From positions 2,698 to 66,697 of the forward strand of contig JAAXUA010000003.1 of assembly GCA_013336275.1 (NCBI GenBank): a stretch of 64,000 nucleotides of DNA, written 5' to 3'. This document shows, piece after piece, positions 8,690 to 17,582 of this stretch. Below the pieces are notes generated by a model. It ran no database searches and was not told where the DNA came from. It was given only the letters and a program-made list of their open reading frames with translations. This DNA comes from Candidatus Falkowbacteria bacterium. Lineage in GTDB: Bacteria; Patescibacteriota; Patescibacteriia; Patescibacteriales; GWE2-39-37. Within the stretch, counting starts at the first letter, position 1. Each line of letters begins with the position of its first letter. The position numbers and the translations under genes are program-made.

Positions 8690-9559
8690 TTATTCTATCA
8701 GCAAGGCCGCTCCGATGGCTCCTGCCAGCTTGCCTAATTTGCTTTTGACCAGCTTGGCCTCTTTGGCCTGGGGACTTAATACTAACTCCCTGTAAACCTT
8801 CTTGGCCTTGGGCAGGAAAAGGTCGGCTGATTGGACAGCGCCACCGCCCACTACGATTATCTCAGGCTCGATCAAGTTGATGATATTGGTCAGTGCCGTG
8901 CCAAGAATCAAGCCGAATTCGCCGAATACTTCTTCGGCCAAGCGGTCGCCGCGATAGGCCTCCTCGGCCAGAATCGCTGGGTTGTTCTGGGTCAGTTTGT
9001 GATAAGCCGCTTCGAGCCTAATCCCGGTACGATAGTCAATTATCATACTTCCTGGCTCATTGGCAGAACCGAAAGCGCCAGTATACACATCGCCATTCAC
9101 CCACCAGCCGCCGCCGATACCCGTGCCGATAATCATGCCATAAATATTTTCATATTTTCTGCCAGCACCCAACTTCGCTTCAGCACGAACGAAACAGTTG
9201 GCATCATTGTCAATCTTAACGTTCAATTCGGAGTCAATTTTTTCCTTAATTAGCTCGACGATTTTCAAATTAACCAAAACAGGCGTGTTCGGTGCCGCCA
9301 GCACCTTCCCCTCCTTGAGATCAAGAGCGCCCGGCAAACCGATACCGATGCCCTTGATCCTGACCTTGTCTTTCTTTGCCCGATCGAACAACGGCTCCAC
9401 CAAAGCTTTGAGCATAGCTGTGAATTTAGCCAGATCATCCTTGGGCGTGGCCAGGGTATAATCAGCAATCACCCTGGTCCCATTCAACAAAATGGCACTC
9501 ATCTTGGTACCGCCGATGTCTATGCCGATGACATATTCGATTTTACTTTCCTTAAGCAT
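8690..9559 (-). CDS. ROK-family sugar kinase (glucokinase-like)
   Basis: IGIDIGGTKMSA N-terminal ATP motif, GIGLPGALD and IIGTGIGGG. The length is typical of the ROK family. Confidence 0.8.
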   Translation of the reverse strand: MLKESKIEYVIGIDIGGTKMSAILLNGTRVIADYTLATPKDDLAKFTAMLKALVEPLFDRAKKDKVRIKGIGIGLPGALDLKEGKVLAAPNTPVLVNLKIVELIKEKIDSELNVKIDNDANCFVRAEAKLGAGRKYENIYGMIIGTGIGGGWWVNGDVYTGAFGSANEPGSMIIDYRTGIRLEAAYHKLTQNNPAILAEEAYRGDRLAEEVFGEFGLILGTALTNIINLIEPEIIVVGGGAVQSADLFLPKAKKVYRELVLSPQAKEAKLVKSKLGKLAGAIGAALLIE

Positions 9560-9568
9560 AACCTTATC

Positions 9569-10603
9569 TTATTGTTTTGAAATCATATTGCGCCCATATA
9601 ACGCCTTGGCCTCTTGCCAGAAGTCCGGACGATTATTAGTCGTCTTTTCCCAATACCACCACTCAACTCCCCAGAGATAGAATTCCCTGAACCCAGCCTG
9701 CTGGGCGAAATCAAGAATTTCCGTGAATTTCTGGGGACTCATCGTTTTGTCACGCTCCGCTTGGCTGACGTTCTGATATGGCACTGGTGCCCAAGGCTCG
9801 GCCTGAAGTTCAATCACGATCCAATTCTTGGGTTTGGCAAACAGGCTAGCTAGATTGCGCTTGGCACGGAAGAAGCCCGGGGTGATGGGGTAATGCACGT
9901 AGCTATTTAAAAAGCTGGAATAGGTATCGCGATACATCGTGGTCCCGAAGATATCAGCCCGTCTAGCAGCCGGAATCCAGAACGACAACTCCCCCGAATC
10001 AGTCACCACAATAGGCTTGCCTGGCACCATGTGACGCACCAAGGCGATTTCTTGGTCCAGAAAATCAGGATCCAATTCGGGGCACTCGCCGAAGTGGGAC
10101 AAGAATGGTTCGTTCTCCACCTGCCAGGCCACGATCGACGGGTTGTCCTTATAGCGATTGACCACCTGAGCGATATAATTCAATATCTTCTCCTCCCGTT
10201 CGCTTTTTGTCAAACCCTTAGTCCAATCCGGGAGATGGCATTCCGGCCAACGAGGCAGCCTCGCCCCAACTGCCAATATTACATTATTGCTGCGCGACCC
10301 GCTTTGATCCAAAAGCCAATCCAGCTCTTCCCATGAAGACTGCCCGTTGGCCGGCTCGACTTCATCCCAATAAGCCGAAAGCCGCCAATTCTTGATTTTA
10401 AGATCGTCATTGGCGGCTAAAAATGTCTTTTGCCAGTCGAGTCCTAGCGCCCTAGCGTGTTTCGGCGAAAAGGTGGCGCCATAAGACAATTCATCGTGTC
10501 GATAGATCTTTCCGAAACTAAAAATCAACAAAACGACCAAGACTCCAAAAACTACTAGTCCGATATTCTTAAAAACCAAAAATCTATGCCACCATTTCAA
10601 CAT
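9569..10603 (-). CDS. membrane-anchored TIM-barrel glycoside hydrolase (clan GH-A, GH5-like)
   Basis: An N-terminal TM helix plus the catalytic-acid-type motif AWQVENEPF. Confidence 0.55.
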   Translation of the reverse strand: MLKWWHRFLVFKNIGLVVFGVLVVLLIFSFGKIYRHDELSYGATFSPKHARALGLDWQKTFLAANDDLKIKNWRLSAYWDEVEPANGQSSWEELDWLLDQSGSRSNNVILAVGARLPRWPECHLPDWTKGLTKSEREEKILNYIAQVVNRYKDNPSIVAWQVENEPFLSHFGECPELDPDFLDQEIALVRHMVPGKPIVVTDSGELSFWIPAARRADIFGTTMYRDTYSSFLNSYVHYPITPGFFRAKRNLASLFAKPKNWIVIELQAEPWAPVPYQNVSQAERDKTMSPQKFTEILDFAQQAGFREFYLWGVEWWYWEKTTNNRPDFWQEAKALYGRNMISKQ

Positions 10604-10604
10604 T

Positions 10605-11027
10605 TTAATGTCCAGGGCAGATCCAATTACCGGTATCTGACGTCACTTGCCAGACACAGCCAGTAACATAGGTGGACACGCCCCATGAGGCTAATATTAT
10701 TATCAAACCTATTACTCCGGCCGTAACTCGCTTCTTGGCTTCGCCGATTTTCGACGAATCTCCGCCCGAGGTCATCCATTGATAACCGGCATAAACCACT
10801 AAGACCGTAAAGATAATTCCCAGGAATCCGAGCAAGATATTGATCATCCTAGCTACGATTACCCTGATGTCCGTGGGGTCACCGCTTTGATTGTAAGCAT
10901 CATCACCGATCGTATCCAAACCGCCCTCCTTGACCGTATCAAGCAGGCCTCCGGCCTGGACTTGGTAGGCCAAAGAAAAACATAGCAAGATTAATAAAAA
11001 ACTGAGGGCGAATTTAGTTTTCCTCAT
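10605..11027 (-). CDS. TrbC/VirB2-type pilin-like protein (paralog 2 of 8)
   Basis: Signal peptide, then LLGFLGIIFTVLVVYAGYQWMTSGGDSSKIGEAKKRVTAGVIGLIIILASWG. It is closest to the 30247..30642 paralog. Confidence 0.75.
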   Translation of the reverse strand: MRKTKFALSFLLILLCFSLAYQVQAGGLLDTVKEGGLDTIGDDAYNQSGDPTDIRVIVARMINILLGFLGIIFTVLVVYAGYQWMTSGGDSSKIGEAKKRVTAGVIGLIIILASWGVSTYVTGCVWQVTSDTGNWICPGH

Positions 11028-11161
11028 ATCAGGAAGGTTATTAATAAGTATATTAATTATACCATAATCACCTTATTAAAAAAATGCTACAATAACCTCA
11101 GGTGGGTTGACCGCTAGCCCATAAATGCCTAAACTTAACATACTAATTCCACAGCCAATAC

Positions 11162-12577
11162 ATGAATTTAGCCTCTAAAGTTGCACTAAATACCATAATC
11201 CAGCTAATCAGCAAGATTATCTCGATCGCCCTCGGTTTGGCCACTATTGCCATTATGACCCGCTACCTGGGGCAAGAAGGCTTCGGACAGTACACCACAA
11301 TCATCACATTCCTCTCATTTTTCGCCGTGGCGGCAGACTTGGGCTTAACCTTGGTTACCGTCCAGATGATTAGCCAGCCAGATGCCGACCAAAACACGAT
11401 CCTGAGCAATCTTTTTAGTCTCCGGCTCTTTTCCGCCCTGGCCCTCCTGATTATCGCCCCACTTAGCATCTGGTTCCTGCCTTATGCTGATACCGTTAAA
11501 ATAGGCGTCGCTATTGCCACTGCGTCATTTCTTTTTCCAGCGCTCAACCAGATCCTAGTTGGACTGTTCCAAAAATCCTTGAGGCTCGACAAGGTCTCCT
11601 TGGCCGAAATCCTGAGCCGAGTCGTGCTGTTTGGCGGCACGATCATGTCGGCCCGGCTCGATTGGGGATTATACGGCATACTGTGGGCGAGCGTCGCCTC
11701 GGCTGCGGTCAGTTTCTTGCTTCACTACATCTTCTCCTTGAAGCTAGCCAAAATTACTATCAATTTCAATTGGGAAATCTGGCGAGACATTATCCGCCAC
11801 TCCTGGCCGATCGGCTTGACCATTGTCTTCAACCTTGTCTATCTGCGAGCCGACACTCTGATCCTATCGCTCTTCCGCAGCTCGAACGAAGTCGGCATCT
11901 ATGGCGCGACTTATAAAGTGATCGATGTCCTTATTACAATTCCCTTCATCTTTGCCGGGATAGTCTTGCCGATCATGACTTCCGGCTGGCGCAACGACAA
12001 ACGCCAATTTGAGCGGGTGCTGCAAAAATCATTCGACCTGATGGTTATCTTGGCTATACCGCTCTTCTTCGGCGCCCAATTCCTAGCCGATCGACTAATG
12101 ACCTTGGTGGCCGGCAATGATTTCTCGGCCTCCGGACCGGTTTTGCGCATCCTGATCCTGGCAGCCAGCATCATCTTCGTTGGAACCATGTTTTCACATG
12201 CCGTCATTGCCGTGGACAAACAGCGCAAAATCATCGGCGCCTACTTCTTCGTTGCCGTTACTGCCCTCATCGGCTACCTGATTCTGATCCCGAAGTATTC
12301 CTACTTCGGCGCTGCCTGGATGACGATTTACAGTGAGCTAAGCATCGCCTTGGCTTCAGGCTGGCTGGTCTGGAAGACAAGCTCTTTCCTGCCCGATCTG
12401 AAAATCGCCGGAAAAGTTTTTCTGGCCTGCCTGCCGATGAGCGCCTGGCTCTTTTACTCGACCGGGCTGAATCTATGGCTGACTATCCTTGTCGCCTGCG
12501 TAGTTTATACGATTTCGCTTTACCTTATAAAAGGCATCACCCGCCAAGACCTAATGACATTATTGGCCAGAGAATAA
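11162..12577 (+). CDS. polysaccharide/oligosaccharide flippase (MOP/Wzx-like)
   Basis: About 12-14 TM helices across 471 aa with typical Wzx-type organisation. It is followed by a glycosyltransferase. Confidence 0.7.
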   Translation: MNLASKVALNTIIQLISKIISIALGLATIAIMTRYLGQEGFGQYTTIITFLSFFAVAADLGLTLVTVQMISQPDADQNTILSNLFSLRLFSALALLIIAPLSIWFLPYADTVKIGVAIATASFLFPALNQILVGLFQKSLRLDKVSLAEILSRVVLFGGTIMSARLDWGLYGILWASVASAAVSFLLHYIFSLKLAKITINFNWEIWRDIIRHSWPIGLTIVFNLVYLRADTLILSLFRSSNEVGIYGATYKVIDVLITIPFIFAGIVLPIMTSGWRNDKRQFERVLQKSFDLMVILAIPLFFGAQFLADRLMTLVAGNDFSASGPVLRILILAASIIFVGTMFSHAVIAVDKQRKIIGAYFFVAVTALIGYLILIPKYSYFGAAWMTIYSELSIALASGWLVWKTSSFLPDLKIAGKVFLACLPMSAWLFYSTGLNLWLTILVACVVYTISLYLIKGITRQDLMTLLARE

Positions 12578-12581
12578 CCCT

Positions 12582-13706
12582 ATGTTCAAAAAAATAACCC
12601 TATATTCTTCCGTTAACAGCTCGTTGCAGCCCTTCAGCTATCTCTTGGAGGAGCTTAGCCAGCGCGACTTCGCTTTTGAGCTGCGCACCAATCAACCGGC
12701 TTGCGATCTTCTGAATACTTTCAATGAAAAGCACTGGCAAAGAAAGATCTCCTGGCTCGGTCCGAGGCCGGGCAGCAAGATTAGCGACCGCCTTTTCCGA
12801 TATCTGCTGCCCTTTGTGCGCCTGGGCGTCTACGCCAACTGGCAATGGAACAAAAGCAATCTGCCAGCAACGATTATCTGCTTCGGCTGGCCGGAGAAGC
12901 TATTGTTTACGGGCGTAGCGAAACGCTTCGGAGTCAAGACCATCTGGCTGGAGCTGCCCGACAATCAGATTCCGCGCGCCGGTTGGAAAAGCTATAAGAA
13001 ACTAAGCCGCCTTGCCACCATACTCACCCTGAACCACCACACCAAAGCCAAACTGGAAAAATCCGGCATCGACCCCGAAATCATCAAAGTCATGCAGCCT
13101 GGCATCAAACTTCAGCAATACACTCATCAGGATGACCTCTACCATAACTTGGCCGACCGCACGCGACCGGGCAAAAAATACTTTACCATCGGCACCGTGA
13201 CCGATCTCGACGAGCAGCAGAAGATCGAATCGCTCTTCCAGGCAGTTAAGAAATGTTTGACCATCATTCCCAATCTTCAGTTAATCGTCGTCGGCGAGGG
13301 CAAAGAGAAGAAGAATCTCCTCTGGCTGGCCAAAAAGATGGAAATCGATAACCTGGTCTGGCTAGTCGGCGGGCAGGCACATCTGCGGAAATGGATCGAA
13401 AGCTTCGATCTTTACATTGCGACTAATGAAAAGCTGGACCTGCAGGAACTGATAACCACGCTTTGCGTGATGTCCGCCGAGAGACCGGTCATCGGCCAGG
13501 CTGATTCCGGCCTCGAAGACCTGATTTTCGATGCCAAGACCGGTTATTTGATGAATCTGAGCGATAGCGAGTCGCTGGCAGAGAAAATAATGGTCCTGCA
13601 CCAGGACAAGGAAATCCGACGCCAGCTAGGCAAGCAAGCATTGGAAAGGGTTGAAAAATATTTCACTTCCGCTAAGATGCTTGAGCAGTTCGAAAAACTA
13701 TTATAA
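12582..13706 (+). CDS. GT-B glycosyltransferase (family 1/4-like)
   Basis: The C-terminal half shows the GT4-like pattern (VGEGKEKKNL...LYIATNEKLDLQELITTLCVMSAERPVIG...GYL). Confidence 0.65.
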   Translation: MFKKITLYSSVNSSLQPFSYLLEELSQRDFAFELRTNQPACDLLNTFNEKHWQRKISWLGPRPGSKISDRLFRYLLPFVRLGVYANWQWNKSNLPATIICFGWPEKLLFTGVAKRFGVKTIWLELPDNQIPRAGWKSYKKLSRLATILTLNHHTKAKLEKSGIDPEIIKVMQPGIKLQQYTHQDDLYHNLADRTRPGKKYFTIGTVTDLDEQQKIESLFQAVKKCLTIIPNLQLIVVGEGKEKKNLLWLAKKMEIDNLVWLVGGQAHLRKWIESFDLYIATNEKLDLQELITTLCVMSAERPVIGQADSGLEDLIFDAKTGYLMNLSDSESLAEKIMVLHQDKEIRRQLGKQALERVEKYFTSAKMLEQFEKLL

Positions 13707-13711
13707 AAACA

Positions 13712-14644
13712 ATGGAATACACAATCAGCCAAAACCAAGCCGGCAACCGCCTCGACAAATTCCTGACCGAAGCCGTCGGCGGAACCACGCGCAGCCAGCT
13801 GCAGAAATCGATCAAAGACGGCAGCGTCTTGGTCAATGGACAGCCCACCACTCCGCATCAGTTCTTGAAGACAGGTGATGTCGTGACGTTCGGCCGCACC
13901 AAAGAGAAAAAAACCAAAGAAAAACCAGCCGCTACAAAGACAAAGATGCCAGAAGTCGAAATAATCGGAGAAAGCGATGATTATATCGTTGTCAACAAAC
14001 CGAGCGGACTTCTGGTCCATGGTGATGAACACACGACCGAACCGACCTTGGCCACCTGGCTCTTGTCCAAATATCCGGATGTCGCCTCGGTCGGAGATGA
14101 TCCGTTCCGTCCAGGCATCGTTCACCGCCTGGACAAGGACGTCAGCGGCTTGATGGTGATCGCCAAGAACCAGAAATTCTTCAACAAGATCAAGAAGCAA
14201 TTCCAGAACCGTACCATCTTCAAACGCTACACCGCCCTGGCCTATGGCAAGGTCGCCCGAGACGAATTCACCATCAATTTCAACATCGAACGCGCTACCA
14301 GCGGTCACAAGATGGCCGCCAAACCGACCAACCAAGAAGGCAAAGAGGCCGAAAGCGAAGTGGCCGTAATCAAGCGCTATATCAATTACACCCTAGCCAA
14401 GGTCCGCATCAAGACTGGACGGACCCATCAGATTCGCGCCCATCTGGCGGCCTACGGCAACCCGATCGTCGGCGACCAGGTCTACGGCACCAGCACGGCC
14501 AAAAAAATGAATGCCAAGCTGAAAACCGACAGGATTTACCTAGTCTCCGACGAACTGACTTTCAAAGACGCCGCAAACAAGAAACAAAGCTTTACGATCG
14601 AGCTGCCCGAGGCTTTCGCCAAAATGCTTACAATCATCAAATAA
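13712..14644 (+). CDS. rluD: RluA-family pseudouridine synthase (RluD-like) with S4 domain
   Basis: S4-like N-terminus (RLDKFL...GSVLVNGQ) and catalytic motif HRLDKDVSGLMVIAKN. Confidence 0.85.
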   Translation: MEYTISQNQAGNRLDKFLTEAVGGTTRSQLQKSIKDGSVLVNGQPTTPHQFLKTGDVVTFGRTKEKKTKEKPAATKTKMPEVEIIGESDDYIVVNKPSGLLVHGDEHTTEPTLATWLLSKYPDVASVGDDPFRPGIVHRLDKDVSGLMVIAKNQKFFNKIKKQFQNRTIFKRYTALAYGKVARDEFTINFNIERATSGHKMAAKPTNQEGKEAESEVAVIKRYINYTLAKVRIKTGRTHQIRAHLAAYGNPIVGDQVYGTSTAKKMNAKLKTDRIYLVSDELTFKDAANKKQSFTIELPEAFAKMLTIIK

Positions 14645-14659
14645 ACACACCCATCGAAT

Positions 14660-15244
14660 ATGATCATCTCTTTCGGCGGCAACGCCGGCTCCGGAAAATC
14701 CACCATCGCCCAGATGCTTGCCGACAAATTAGGTTGGCCTCGCTATTATATCGGCGGCCTGCGCCGGGAAAAGGCGCGAGAACGCGGCCTGACCTTGGCT
14801 GAGTACAACAAGCTGGGTGAGACTGACCCGGCGACCGATTTCGAGGTTGATGAATACCAGAAGGAGCTGGCCGGCAAAGAAGACAACTTCGTCATCGAGG
14901 GCCGGACTTCTTGGTATTTTATCCCCCAGTCGCTCAAGATTTTCCTGACCGTCGATGAAAAGGTGGGGGCTGAGCGCATCCTGGCTGAGCTCAAACAGGC
15001 CAATAGCCGCAACGAAGCCGTAGTTGAGACCGTTGAGGAGATGATTGCCATCAACCGCGACCGCAAGGAGAGCGATGAGCGGCGCTACCGCAAATTCTAC
15101 CAAGATATTGAAGTTTATAATCCCAAAAACTTCAATTTCGTGGTTGATACGACAGATTTGACACCAGAGCAAGTTTTCAGCATAGTATATAACCATGTAC
15201 AGGACCAGCTATCCCAGGTTGACAAAACCCAGAGAATGTTATAA
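14660..15244 (+). CDS. cmk: cytidylate kinase-like P-loop kinase
   Basis: P-loop GNAGSGKSTIA followed by an archaeal-type CMP kinase-like sequence. Confidence 0.65.
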   Translation: MIISFGGNAGSGKSTIAQMLADKLGWPRYYIGGLRREKARERGLTLAEYNKLGETDPATDFEVDEYQKELAGKEDNFVIEGRTSWYFIPQSLKIFLTVDEKVGAERILAELKQANSRNEAVVETVEEMIAINRDRKESDERRYRKFYQDIEVYNPKNFNFVVDTTDLTPEQVFSIVYNHVQDQLSQVDKTQRML

Positions 15245-15281
15245 TATCTGGTAAGTAATATCCAAGCTAAAAATAGCCAAC

Positions 15282-15306
15282 AAATAGAACCTCGGTTCTA
15301 TTTTTA
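15282..15306 (+). terminator. rho-independent terminator
   Basis: An AAATAGAAC / GTTCTATTT stem is followed by a T-run. Confidence 0.65.
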
Positions 15307-15323
15307 TAATCTTAAGAATCCAT

Positions 15324-15719
15324 ATGGCCGAAAAGAAAAAGGTCCAAAAGAAGCCACGCGTTGAGAAGGTAATCACCACCGACCTTGAAGCGTTGAACGA
15401 GGCCCGAGCACAGTTGAAGCCGGGAATGACCGTCCGCATCCACCAAAAAATCAAAGAATTGAACATGAAGAACGAGGAAAAGGAACGTGTTCAATATTTT
15501 GAGGGCATCATCATCGCCAAGAAGAACAACAAGCTGACTGGCGGCACGATCACTGTCCGCAAGGTGACCGATGGCGTCGGCGTAGAGAAGATCTTCCCGA
15601 TCAACTTGCCAACCATCACCAAGATCGAGCTCAAAAAGCAGGCTGAAGTCCGCCGCGCCAAGCTCTATTTCTTGAAGCGCGACTACAAGAAGAAGCTCAA
15701 AGAGAAGAAGATTGCGTAA
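15324..15719 (+). CDS. rplS: 50S ribosomal protein L19
   Basis: The translation matches the L19 pattern (GMTVRIHQKIKE...ERVQYFEGIIIAKK...ITVRKV..GVGVEKIFPI..P). Confidence 0.95.
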   Translation: MAEKKKVQKKPRVEKVITTDLEALNEARAQLKPGMTVRIHQKIKELNMKNEEKERVQYFEGIIIAKKNNKLTGGTITVRKVTDGVGVEKIFPINLPTITKIELKKQAEVRRAKLYFLKRDYKKKLKEKKIA

Positions 15720-15743
15720 TAATATACGCGGCTCTGCCCTTTA

Positions 15744-15830
15744 GGGCAAGTGGTGAAACTGGTAGACACGCAAGCTTGAGGGGCTTGTGGCAGCAATGCC
15801 GTGGAGGTTCAAGTCCTCTCTTGCCCACCA
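15744..15830 (+). tRNA. tRNA-Leu (anticodon GAG), CCA encoded
   Basis: I folded the cloverleaf by hand: acceptor GGGCAAG/CTTGCCC, anticodon loop TTGAGGG, long variable arm, T-arm GGAGG-TTCAAGT-CCTCT. Confidence 0.85.
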
Positions 15831-15855
15831 GACGTTTGACGCAGGCAGAGTCCTT

Positions 15856-15929
15856 GGGCGCATAGCTCAGCTGGTTAGAGCACTTCGTTTACACCGAAGG
15901 GGTCCAGGGTTCGAATCCTTGTGCGCCCA
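15856..15929 (+). tRNA. tRNA-Val (anticodon TAC)
   Basis: Acceptor GGGCGCA/TGCGCCC, anticodon stem CTTCG/CGAAG with loop TTTACAC, T-loop TTCGAAT. Confidence 0.85.
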
Positions 15930-15933
15930 CATA

Positions 15934-15966
15934 AAAATAACGCCTAAATGGCGTTATTTTTTTATT
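15934..15966 (+). terminator. rho-independent terminator
   Basis: An AAATAACGCC / GGCGTTATTT stem is followed by a T-run. Confidence 0.8.
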
Positions 15967-16053
15967 TCTACGGCCATCTCGCTCGATTGACGGCTAGCCA
16001 GATAAATGATAATTTAAGCCTAGTTTGCACATTTCTTAAACCAGGAGGACACC

Positions 16054-16815
16054 ATGACCGAACTTTTCAGTTGTGACACTACCAGACAGCTTGTCCCTTT
16101 CCCAGACCAGGTCGGCAGTCTCGGAGTCGCCTTCGCGCTCTACGACCGGGCTCCTTCGATCTGGCAGGACACCAAGCTCCAGATGCCTTTCGCCACCAAC
16201 GCCGTTCACCAGCTGCTGGGCGGCACGCAGGTGCTGATCCAGGTCGGGCCGATCTACCCCGGAAGAGCTCCACACTTCGATAACACCGGGCCGGAACGTT
16301 ATTACTTGGCTGGCATCGATGACGGACCCTTCGTCACTCCAATAAGCAGCAAGAAGTTTGTTGCATTCCAAAAAGATGGGGAAGCCGCTTTCTACGACTC
16401 GCTCAAACCAGCGGAAATCAAACTGATAGAATCCGCCACTGCCAATCCTGCGCGGCGCCAAGGCGACATCTGGGCTATCAAGATCGGGGAAAGCTGGGAC
16501 AATCCTGGCAGTGAAATCCCCTACGCGATCCAAGCGGTGAAGAGCGCCAAGATGTTCGAATCTACCGGCCAATGGCTGTTCGAGTCGCGCCACTCGCTGC
16601 ACGGCAATCTGAACCGTCGGGTAATAATCGTCTACTCCTCGGAACCCAAAAAATCAAAAACCTCCCGTCCGAAGTTCAAGGTCAAAAGCATGGCCGCGAC
16701 GCTCGGCAGCGGTCTCATCAAAGCGCCTGATCACCCGCCGCTCGACATCTCCGATGGCGTTTACGTGCTAGCACGCACTAGCCGCCCGCGCAACTTCAGC
16801 CCCGGGATGGACTGA
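16054..16815 (+). CDS. hypothetical protein (253 aa), visibly GC-richer than its neighbours
   Basis: AGGAGG lies 6 nt upstream of the ATG. Motifs RQGDIWAIKIGE, ESRHSLHGNL and APDHPPLDISDGVYVLARTS. The long antisense ORF 16036..16602 is a by-product of the high GC. Confidence 0.6.
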   Translation: MTELFSCDTTRQLVPFPDQVGSLGVAFALYDRAPSIWQDTKLQMPFATNAVHQLLGGTQVLIQVGPIYPGRAPHFDNTGPERYYLAGIDDGPFVTPISSKKFVAFQKDGEAAFYDSLKPAEIKLIESATANPARRQGDIWAIKIGESWDNPGSEIPYAIQAVKSAKMFESTGQWLFESRHSLHGNLNRRVIIVYSSEPKKSKTSRPKFKVKSMAATLGSGLIKAPDHPPLDISDGVYVLARTSRPRNFSPGMD

Positions 16816-16951
16816 ATCTGATCGAACCGATTAATCGCACAAAAACGGCAGCCGACTCCAGGCTGCCTATTTTTATTCCTAACTCACCGGATATTTTATT
16901 ATGTTATTTTTCTCTGTGGTATAATAGGTACGCTAACCCTGAATCAAACCT

Positions 16952-17197
16952 ATGTGGCATGTATATATAATCCGTTGCGCCGATGGCACCCTGTACACCG
17001 GCATCACCAACGATCTTGAACGCCGAATTAAGGAGCACAACACCTCCGTTGTCGGCTCTAAGTACGTTAAGGCGCGGCGTCCGGTCAGCTTGGTTTACAG
17101 CCGGGAAGCGGCTGACCGGTCGGAAGCCTCCAAAGAAGAAAGCCGCATCAAGAAACTTTCCCGCCAAGAAAAACTATCACTCATCCAAAATGGCTAA
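16952..17197 (+). CDS. GIY-YIG nuclease-domain protein (YhbQ/UPF0213-like)
   Basis: WHVYIIRCADGTLYTGITNDLERRIKEHN... is the GIY-YIG core (Y..Y.G...R...H). Confidence 0.85.
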   Translation: MWHVYIIRCADGTLYTGITNDLERRIKEHNTSVVGSKYVKARRPVSLVYSREAADRSEASKEESRIKKLSRQEKLSLIQNG

Positions 17198-17549
17198 TCA
17201 GATAATCGACCCAATCTATTCGTCTTTTCTCAATCAAGTCGTGACCGTAACCATAGATCGGCCGCTCGGTTCGAAGCACCCCAAGCACGACTTAGTTTAT
17301 GGCCTCAATTACGGCTTCGTTCCCAATACTCTGGCTCCGGACGGAGAAGAAATCGACGCCTACGTCCTGGGCGTCGATCAGCCAGTCGAAAATTTTACCG
17401 GCAGGTGCATCGCCATCATCCACCGCTTGGACGATAACGATGACAAGCTGGTACTCGCATCCGATGGCGCGACCTTCACCGACGAGGAAATCCTCGCGTC
17501 GGCAAGCTTCCAGGAACGATTTTTCAACTCCATTGTCCTCAGAAAATAA
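17190..17549 (+). CDS. small inorganic pyrophosphatase-like protein
   Basis: Internal ATG of ORF 16983..17549, overlapping the GIY-YIG stop by 8 nt. DRPLGSKHPKH...YGFVPNTLAPDGEEIDAYVLG resembles short PPase-fold proteins. Confidence 0.55.
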   Translation: MANQIIDPIYSSFLNQVVTVTIDRPLGSKHPKHDLVYGLNYGFVPNTLAPDGEEIDAYVLGVDQPVENFTGRCIAIIHRLDDNDDKLVLASDGATFTDEEILASASFQERFFNSIVLRK

Positions 17550-17576
17550 AAAAAACAGCCAGGCGTTACCTGGCTG
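17548..17576 (-). terminator. rho-independent terminator (minus strand)
   Basis: A CAGCCAGG / CCTGGCTG stem. The T-run is on the minus strand (A8 on plus, 17548-17555). Confidence 0.7.
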
Positions 17577-17582
17577 GCTGGA

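Noticed and set aside
15787-15990. A 67-aa ORF.
   Set aside because: It is read straight through the tRNA-Leu 3' half, tRNA-Val and the terminator. It is not coding.
16036-16602. Long antisense ORFs opposite GC-rich genes. Others are 13544..14335, 53001..53723, 57298..58215, 46677..47246, 20985..21440 and 4068..4574.
   Set aside because: The opposite strand in each case carries a gene with recognisable motifs and/or an RBS. The antisense translations are low-complexity and Arg/Pro/Gly-rich, as expected from stop-poor GC-rich sequence.
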